Below, in pieces: positions 55,385-64,000 of a stretch of 64,000 nt of DNA (positions within the stretch are counted from its first letter, which is position 1; every line of letters starts with the position of its first letter). The notes under the pieces were generated by a model. That model ran no database searches and was not told the origin of the DNA. It was given only the letters and a program-made list of their open reading frames with translations. A program made the translations under genes and the position numbers. The DNA comes from Octopus sinensis (lineage: Eukaryota). Where the stretch lies: contig NC_043008.1 of NCBI RefSeq assembly GCF_006345805.1, forward strand, positions 65,534,001 to 65,598,000, written 5' to 3'.

Positions 55385-55603
55385 TCTATTGCTCATAGGC
55401 GGATAAACGTAATGGAGACAAACAAGGAGAGGAAACATGATTAAGTCGGTTACATCGACTCCGGTGTGTAACTGCTATTTATTTAATCGATCCCGATAAG
55501 ATGAAAGCCAAAGTCCAGCTCAGCGATATTTGAACTCAGAACGTAGCCGCAGACGAAATACCTAATTTCGCCCGGCGTGCTAACGATTCCTCCAGCTCGC
55601 CGC
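55385..55603 (-). mobile_element. SINE family C
   Basis: Homology to 24929-25310. Confidence 0.8.
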
Positions 55604-55867
55604 TTTTGTTGTTGTTGTTATCAATGCTGAGTTGATTATTATCGTTCTTGCCCTCAAGGTAAGTCATACATTTTCAGCTCCCGAAATTGTTTGATTTTTG
55701 TTGTCACATGTTGTTAAACTCTTGTTTTAATTGTTCAATTCGTGTTGTAAGGTAGCTGCCCTCTTACGGTGCTGGTTTTTGTTATAAAATTTCCCACTTT
55801 TGGGGATTAAATACACCAATTACATCAAAGGTTTTCTTCGAAATTTTTACCAAAAATAAGGGCAATC

Positions 55868-57818
55868 GAGTGAGGGAGTGAGAACGGGAATTTGAACAGC
55901 CAGCTGAATGAAGACTTCCCCGCCTTCACCACCACTATTGTTCCTACACAGGAAACAGAAGAAAAGAAGGAAGAGGAGAAGAAAGAGGAAAAGAAGCAAG
56001 ACAGGAAAAATGAAGGGAAAATAGAGATTTCTTCGCTTGCAAACGAAGCTGGTCGAAGCAGCCGCTTGGAAAATATCGAATTAAATAACAAATTGTTAGA
56101 GAAGATAATGGGTTTCTTGAAGAAGGAGGAAAGAATTATCACTCTGCACATAACCATTGAAATCAAGCAAGAGACCCAGAAGAGGACTATCACATACGAA
56201 GAGATAAGTCTAAAAATCTAAAAAAAGTGGAAAGAGCGACTGATGCACTTATAGAAAAATGTTTTCGCCCCATTTGGGATAAGACGTACGTTAGCAGGAG
56301 GAGGCGTTTTGGGATCGTAAAAGTGAGGTTCCAAAATGAACAAGAGGGAAGGAAACATTCAGTCACCTCTCTTCGCAGTGAAGAACAGCTCCTCGTCCCA
56401 ACGTACAAGAGGAGAAGAGTAGTAAAGATCAAGTTGGCCGACGTCCCACCAGAAATCGATATAGAATATATACCAGCAGGCGTCCTGTACGAACTGGGTA
56501 TCGATCAAATACCCTCCAGGTATACAAAACTGGGTAGGAGCGGAGATGAGGCCCCTCTGCCAAATTGAAGAGGAGCAGGTAGAAAATATCTCCGACTCTA
56601 TTATGCTGACGGGAGGGAGGAGGCTGCAATTAGAGATCGAAGTTAGAAAGCCGAAGTGCCACCTCTATGGCCACACGAACCATTTAATGGCTTTCTGCTA
56701 ACCAGGAAAGCACCAACAAAAATGTGCCAGCTGCAAGCACCTCTACTCCCAGCAGTAGCAGCTACAGCCGGGGCAAACGAACAAGCGAATACAGCAGCGC
56801 AGGATGCTGGCCATCCAAGAAGAGCGGGACAAGGAGCTACAGCAAAAGCAAAGAAAGTAAAAAACAGAAAACGAAAATAGGAGGACAGATGAGCTAGCAG
56901 ATGAGAAGAAGACGGAGCGCCAGACGGTAAATCCCCGGAGTGGACAGTGGTAAAAAGAAGAGTAAGCAGAGAACTAAAGCAGCAGCAACGCAAAAAAAGC
57001 GAAAAACGCACAAAAAAGTGACACCACTCCAGACACTCTCACGCACACACAACGTAGCACAACACACAAGAACAGAATCGTCACACTGAAAAATAATACA
57101 AACAAAAACAATAACCTAGACAGCTTCACAGTAATAGACAGAAGCAATGCAGATTTCGTGCAGACATAAAGCAATATATTAAACATTGACGCAGACAGCA
57201 ACATCACACCCACATTCCACATCTCATAATACATAAAATTATTGCTATAAAACAAAACATATAGACTTTTAAAAACAAAGCATCCGAATTCCATCGGAAA
57301 ATACTGAACAACCATGAAAAAACTATATACAAAGCACTACCGACGGTGGGAATAGCGACGTCTAACACCTATACATAAGTGGTCTTTCTCTCGCTTTATT
57401 GAAACTCATGGTTGCGCTCAGAATAGATAGTGTGAATGTGCGGAGACTGTGCTGTCGTCGGAAACAAAATTACTTCCTCGGCAACCTCACGTCTCTACCA
57501 TTGGAAGTAGTGGCCATCAGTGGAGCGAGAGTCACCGAGGTACGGGTCTCGCTCCCTTCCTCAATGGCTACGTGATATCCTTATCTCCAAGCTGGCCGGA
57601 AGCGGGGTGTTGTGGCTGTGTTGTTTTGGCGGGTCTTGGATCTCGCAATACGAGCCATCTTCATAGACCCGGAGAGTAGATGTGTGGTGTTGGATGTGAC
57701 AAGCAAGGAAGGCTATGCTTTCAGACTAATAGTGGTCTATGTCCCGAGCAGGCACGGTCGGGAAAACTTCCTCAAGTCTCTAGAGACCTTTCTACGGACG
57801 TCACGCACCTTAGTGCTA
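55868..57818 (+). mobile_element. L1/Tx1-like LINE 5' half: decayed ORF1 (gag-like) and start of APE domain
   Basis: VKIKLADVPPEI, RKPKCHLYGHTNHL (CCHC remnant), LRIDSVNVR.L, SRCVVLDV, FRLIVVYVPS..R..F..LETFL. Confidence 0.75.
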
Positions 57819-57819
57819 T

Positions 57820-58170
57820 GATCCAGCATAGTTTGTTTTCTTTCTCAATTAATACTATATCCAGTTTCCTATTCTCTATCTCATGGTCGCACTGAATCAT
57901 AATATCCCATAGGATCTTTACATTTCTATTTTCAACGATGCCTTCAGATTTGTCGTCGTACCAAATTGTTGCTCTGTCAAGTCCATAATTGTTGCAAAGT
58001 AGCCAATGGACAAGCCTCGTTATATTGTCGTGGCGTCTCTTATATTCATTGTGGGCTAGTGGAGTACATTGGCTGGTAATATGCCATACCGTTCCGCCGT
58101 TTTGTCCACAGATTCTGCAATTATCACTTTCTGATGTGCTGTCTATTCTGTATTTACGTAGTTTGTTTAA
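57820..58170 (-). pseudogene. R4/Dong-type RLE domain fragment
   Basis: CRICG..GTVWHITSQCTPLAHNEYKRRHDN..LVHW...KILWD.MIQCDHEIENRKLDIVL. Confidence 0.85.
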
Positions 58171-58182
58171 TTCTTCTTTCTT

Positions 58183-58213
<31 letters not shown>

Positions 58214-58340
58214 TTATTATATTATTATTATTTTATTATTATTATTATTATTATATTATATTATTATTATTATTATTGTTTGTTATTCTTATTATTACTA
58301 TCATTATTATTATTATTACTATTATTATTATTATTGTGAA

Positions 58341-58672
58341 GGCGCGTGGCTCAGTGGTTAGAGCGTCGAGCTTACGATCGTGAGGTTGTGAGCTCGAATC
58401 CCGGACCGGGCTGCGTGTTGTGTTCTTGAGCAAGACACTTTATTTCACGTTGCTCCAGTTCACTCAGCTGTAGAAATGAGTTGCGACGTCACAGGTGCCA
58501 AGCTGTATCGGCCCTTGCCTTTCCCTTGGACAACATCGGTGACGTGGAGAGGGGGAGGCCGGTATGCATGGACGACTGCTGGTCTTTCATGAAACAACCT
58601 TGCCCAGACTTGTGCCTCAGAGAGTAACTCTCTAGGTGCAAACCCATGGTCAGTGTCTGACCGAAGGGGGTC
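58341..58672 (+). mobile_element. tRNA-derived SINE (family D) in (TTA)n
   Basis: TGGCTCAGTGG A box, GAGCTCGAATCC B box, TGTGTTCTTGAGCAAGACACT central domain. Confidence 0.88.
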
Positions 58673-58764
58673 ACTATCTACTGTCACTATTATTATTATT
58701 ATTATCATTATTATTATTATTATTATTATTATATTATTATTATTATTATATTATTATTATTTCT

Positions 58765-59070
58765 CTTTATCACAGGTTTTGTTGGAGCTCTTAGAGTCTT
58801 ACATGCATAGCGGTCTTGCTACCTGCAGCCTACGGTGCCATGCTATCCTTTCTTTTCAGCTTCCTAAAACATTTCTGATTATTCTTGCCGTGCCAAGGAG
58901 GCAAAACTTTTGTTACAGTTCTACTGGGCACTCTATTCCAATTTCCTTTATATCTGTTTGATGCCTTCTGACACTGTTCCTAAGGACCCAACAATAATTA
59001 GCAATATTTTCAACTTCTTCATTTTCCATAGCCGTGTTATTTCGTAGTTAAGAGTGTTGTATTTATCTTT
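58765..59070 (-). pseudogene. R4/Dong-type 3' end fragment
   Basis: KDKYNTLNYEITRLWKMKK..IIVGSLGTV...QKFCLLGTARIIRNVL. Confidence 0.8.
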
Positions 59071-59074
59071 CTTA

Positions 59075-59290
59075 GGCGGCGATGTGATATAATTATTAGC
59101 ACACTAGGCGAAATGTTTAGCGGTATTTCTCCCGTCGTTACGTTCCGATTTCAAATTCTACCGAGGTCGAATTTGCCTTTCATTCTTTCGGGGTCGAAAA
59201 ATTAAGTACCAGTGAAACACTTGGGTCGATGAAAACGACTTGCCCCTCCCGTAAAATTTCAGGCTTTGTGTCTATAGTAGAAAGGATTAT
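59075..59290 (+). mobile_element. SINE family C
   Basis: GCCTTTCATTCTTTCGGGGTCGAAAAATTAAGTACCAG. Confidence 0.8.
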
Positions 59291-59304
59291 TCTTATTCTT
59301 ATTC

Positions 59305-60954
59305 TATGTTTGACTTTTGCTTTATATTTGTACAAGTTGACTCCAAGTCTCACCCAGAGACCTCAAGAGACAACAGGTTGGAAGTTCATGTGGTTATGCT
59401 GAGTGTGCCATATATTTTTTTTGGGGGGGGGGGAGTTTGGTGTTGTACTAGTGAATGTCTAAAAAAAAGCATATGAAAATTATGTTTGTTTTAAACCTTG
59501 AGATTACATAGAAAGTATTTTGCGTAGGATATGAGCAGTTCCCATGAGCACTATCTTTTGAATTTCTGCCATTTTTGGGTTTCCTGGTATCTGCGTTAGG
59601 TAACAATCAGCCCCTTTTGCTATCATTCTCAGGGCACCTATGACAACAGGTATTGTTTTAGTCTTCAGCTTCCACATTTTGCTGATTTCCATTTCAAGAT
59701 CTTTATATTTGCTCAGTTTTTGGTAGGTCTTGACAAATACGTTTATATCGATTGGACAGTCATATCAATGAGGAGGCATGGTCTTTGTCTGAAGTCTTTC
59801 AATATGATGTTCGGCCTATTTGCATCTATCTTTCTGCCAGTTTGAATGGTGAAGTTTCAGAGGAGTGAGATGTGGTCATTTTCAAGCACTGGAGGTGGTT
59901 TGTGTTCCCACCAGTTTTTTTTTTAATGGGGCAAATCCATGTTTTTGCAAATTACCCAGTGAATATATCGTGTAGCTCTATCATGCCAGTTGAGATACTC
60001 TGTAGGCGCTAGAAGACTGTACTTGGAGACAACATGATCAATGGTTTCATTTTGTTGTTGACATACACGACATGTTGGGCTACTGCCGTTCTTTAATATG
60101 TTGGCCTGGTAGTTTCTTGTTGGTAGGCATTGATCTTGAGCTGCTATGATAAACCCTTCCGTTTCAGATTTAAAGCCAGAGGCCATTAGCTATTGATGGG
60201 TCAGGGCTTTGTCAACATCTGCATTATTCGCTCTCTTTGGGTATTTGCAGTAGAGAGGTTTTTCTTGCCATTTATCATTCAAAATACCTAAGGCCGCAGT
60301 TTTAGCAATAGTTTTTATGTGCTTAGCTTTTTCCGTGCTTGTTTCTTGTATGTCTAATTCCGAAATTTGTTGTATTCAGAATTCACTTAGATATTCCATT
60401 GCCTGTTTTGTTACTGAGTATGATGCTTTCTTGTTTTCATGTTCTGAGACAAGTTTTAACATCCAGTCCTCAGGCCAATTGTATCAATCTTCATTGTTAT
60501 TGCCAGTTGTAAAAGACCACGGCCTCCCTCTCTTCTTGGCAGATAAATTCGTTCTGTATCTGCCTTAGGGTGGTGCATTCTATACATTGTCAACAGTTTT
60601 CGTATTTTTCTGTCACGATTACATATTTCAGTAATTGACCAGTTAACGATATTGAAACTGTAAGTCACGACTGGTATGGCTAAAGCATTGATCGCTTCGA
60701 TCCTGTTTCTCGCATTCAGCTCTGTCTTGAGTATTGCTCTTACTCTGCGATAACATTCTCTCCTGATCCTTTCCTTGATCACTGAATGCCTTATTCCGTC
60801 CCCTTCAATTACCCCTAGGTACTTGTAGCTCTCCGTTGGGTCTAATTCTTTTATGACATTTTGCTGGTCAAGGTTAACGTTAGATGTTTCTGTCATTTTT
60901 CCTTTGATAAAGGTAGCTTTTGCACATTTATCGAGGCCAAATTGCATTCTGATA

Positions 60955-60957
<3 letters not shown>
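59305..60957 (-). mobile_element. R4/Dong-type non-LTR retrotransposon, 5'-truncated (RT C-term, CCHC, RLE, 3' UTR)
   Basis: DIRMQFGLDKCAK, YKYLGV, MHHPKADTERIYLPRREGGRGL, ETEGFIIAAQDQ, CRVC..ETIDHVVS, KYKDL..EISKMW; 5' end abuts (AAT)n. Confidence 0.92.
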
Positions 60958-61032
<75 letters not shown>

Positions 61033-61074
61033 GCATTTGATGAAAACGCTGAGCTTATTTTGCTGGATAAGAAA

Positions 61075-61345
61075 GTAAGTGTCATGTGTCCACAGCCAGC
61101 AGACTAAGACACTTGCTTACTGATCATGCTTTGAGAACCCGGTGGAGAACTCTTGCAGTTCCAAGCAATGATGATTTTTGTAGATATTCCGTCTTTACAT
61201 TTGTGTCTTCCCTGTTGAGTGATGCTGGTAGTTGAGTGCTGATACTTTCAAGCGTGCCAATTACTATTGGTATCACATCCGCTCTCCTCATTGCCCACAT
61301 CCTGCATATTTTCTATTTCGATACGCCATAGTTGTTCACTTTTTC
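61075..61345 (-). pseudogene. R4/Dong-type 3' end fragment
   Basis: MWAMRRADVIPIVIGTLESIS...EYLQKSSLLGTARVLHRVLKA*. Confidence 0.8.
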
Positions 61346-61369
61346 TTCTTCTTACTCTTCGATTATGAT

Positions 61370-61381
61370 TATCATCATCAC

Positions 61382-61426
<45 letters not shown>

Positions 61427-61490
61427 TATCATCACCATCATCACCATCACCATCACCATCACCATCATCATCATCAACGTCATCATCATT
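61370..61490. repeat. (CAT)n/(CAC) microsatellite
   Basis: Direct inspection. Confidence 0.95.
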
Positions 61491-62384
61491 ATTGCTGCGA
61501 CTGGTGTTGATTTCTTATTGTTTTTGTTATCTGCGATAATATACTCAAAGTCAAATTAAGCTGATAGGTTGTGTTCACATTTCCTTTCGTTGACATTTCT
61601 GAAGATCGAGTATATACGTAGTAATTCACTTATTAAGTTGGATACCCCTTTGGCTCTTATAAAACTCATGAGAGACACAATTGCCATAAAACCCATGAGA
61701 GATACATCGTCAGGATAGGACTGCGAATGCGGCACAAAAATAAGAGTACAACATTTTACGTAGATTGACTACTGCGGATCTTCTACGTCAACAAAAGGCC
61801 TCTTTCCACGACGATGTTTTCCCGCAGTATCTATTGGCTATGATAACTCTTTACTGTAACTACAAGTACAAATAATGTTATCATATATTAGCGATAAATA
61901 TTTACTGCGCCTATTTATTTGCAAATAATCGCCTATAATAATCAGTAGCTTGCATGGAGAAAGCATTTAAAAGACACATCATCTAATTTCCTTCTCCTGA
62001 GATGTATGAGTGTAATAAATCAGTCGTAAATGACATCACTGAATTAATACGCAGTTACATTACGTTCACCATTTTTCCTTGTCTCTCTCATATCGCTTTT
62101 CTTCCCCCTCTCTCACTTTCTCTCACTCTCTCTCTCTCTCTCTACTTCTACACACATATATATACACATATACAAACACATAATGAACAGACACACACAG
62201 CAAATGTCTCCAGTGCAATTTGTGGCAAGTCAAAAGATCAATGCAATTTAGAACATAGACTAATGTATTTCATTTATAAAGAAGACACTTGGATGCTTAA
62301 ACATACCGCAGTGTCTGTCTGCCGTTGTATACACACATACATGAATGTTTGTGTGTGTGTACATCTGTATGTACATTCATGTAT

Positions 62385-62447
<63 letters not shown>

Positions 62448-62732
62448 AGTATGCGTTTCATTCAAGATCGGTGTCTCCGTGTGTGTGATTACATGTATGG
62501 TGTTAATATGCCTTAATGCGTGTGTCTGCGTTTGAATATTTATAGCTGTAGCTATGCGTATCTCTCTGTGTGCATACGTGTATAATTATGTGAATATGTG
62601 AGTCATAGTATTTATGTATGTATTTATTTTGTTAATGAAATTTACGAAAATTTTACTGTTTTTTTCCCTTCTTCCAGTAATACCATTAAAAAATCATATA
62701 TATATATATAAATATGCGTGTGTATGTACATA

Positions 62733-62780
<48 letters not shown>

Positions 62781-64000
62781 ATGTTATATACGTATGTATG
62801 TATGTATGTATGTATGTAGGTATTTTCGTGTATGTGGATATATTTATGTACGTATGTATGTGTGATTGTATAATACTTAGAAAAAACAATTCTTAAAACT
62901 GTTTTAGAAGTCGACGATTCGTTCTCTCCTGGCCACAAAAGGAAGTTTAAAGCAAGAAAAATAATAGAAATAAAGTTTATTTTTTTCAAATTTGTTAGTT
63001 GTAGTCTTGTATTTGTTCTTTATTTTATTTTATTTTATTTTCATTTGTGTATCAACTTATTTATTTTCATTTGTTTATCAACTTATTTATTTTCTATTTG
63101 TTTATTTATTTGTCTAGAATTTTCAGTGACGAGATAATTTTCCGTTGTTTGTCGTAAGACGAAAGGGAGTAAAAAATACCCCACCGCATTGCTCATGATC
63201 GTGTTTATTGTTGAATATTTTTTACTATTTATCTAACGTAGACAACGTTCTAGAGTGAGATTCTGTTTTTAATCAAGCATATGTGCAAGCACACACACAA
63301 ACACAACACACACACACACACACACACACATACACAAATATAAACACACATACACACACATATGCATAAGTTTGTAAAACTATAAGTATTGCATTTGTTA
63401 TGGAGACCAGGTCAGTTTTGATGGTGCTGACCTATAGCATGTAATAAGTCAGCTGAACAACAAAGCACGACCCACTTATCTCGTTTTCTAATTAAACCAT
63501 GCCATCACCTAATTAAAGACCGTACAGTACACAATAGATGCACTCATGAATTGTAACTGATACAGTGTTACAGTTGGTATACGACGTACCCTTCCTGCCT
63601 TCATCGTTATTTCCGTAAGGCCTGAATAATCATAATTTCAGCCATAGCTAAAAGAGATCTTCTCGTTCAGAACATGATATATGCTCTTCCCCACTTGCAG
63701 TAGTTACAATCACAATACTGCGTCTTCTGTCTAGTGAAGAAAGATTGCAGTTATTTTTGCATGTATCTATATGTATTCCTTATATTTTCCCTGGTTACGT
63801 GAAAACGATAGCTTAGGGATTGCTATTGCATTAATATACTGAACTGGTGTGTTGCGTGCATAGTTATGAATTCGGAAATACATTTTCCCAAACTGAATTT
63901 CAGGATTGTAGTGGCTTAAGCTACAAACTTTGCCTATCGCTTGTTTAAACTTCATTTGAATTTTGACTTAATTTCTCTATTTTCTCGTGTGGTCGCGGTC

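Overview
AT-rich eukaryotic, repeat-dominated DNA with no host protein-coding gene that I can support; almost all ORF-track entries are microsatellite artefacts. The repeat repertoire (tRNA-derived SINEs with internal (TA)n/(CA)n tracts, very dense microsatellites) looks like an octopus/cephalopod genome (inference). Contents: a 5'-truncated Penelope-like element (RT + GIY-YIG) with inverted pseudo-LTRs, two further PLE fragments, Tc1 and mariner remnants, a non-autonomous Helitron, RTE, CR1/Jockey-group, L1/Tx1 and five R4/Dong-type LINE fragments, and about 18 SINE copies. The most striking unannotated signal is about 15 minimal type I hammerhead-ribozyme motifs (CUGANGA-stem II-GAAA-palindromic stem III-GUH) in many unrelated short non-coding elements, mostly inside (TA)n tracts. 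Several are arranged as inverted foldback pairs (best: 8554-8935 and 48571-50794) and three carry a U3-A8 compensatory core. The Penelope 3' region also holds a five-fold CCAAT-N12-CRE array.
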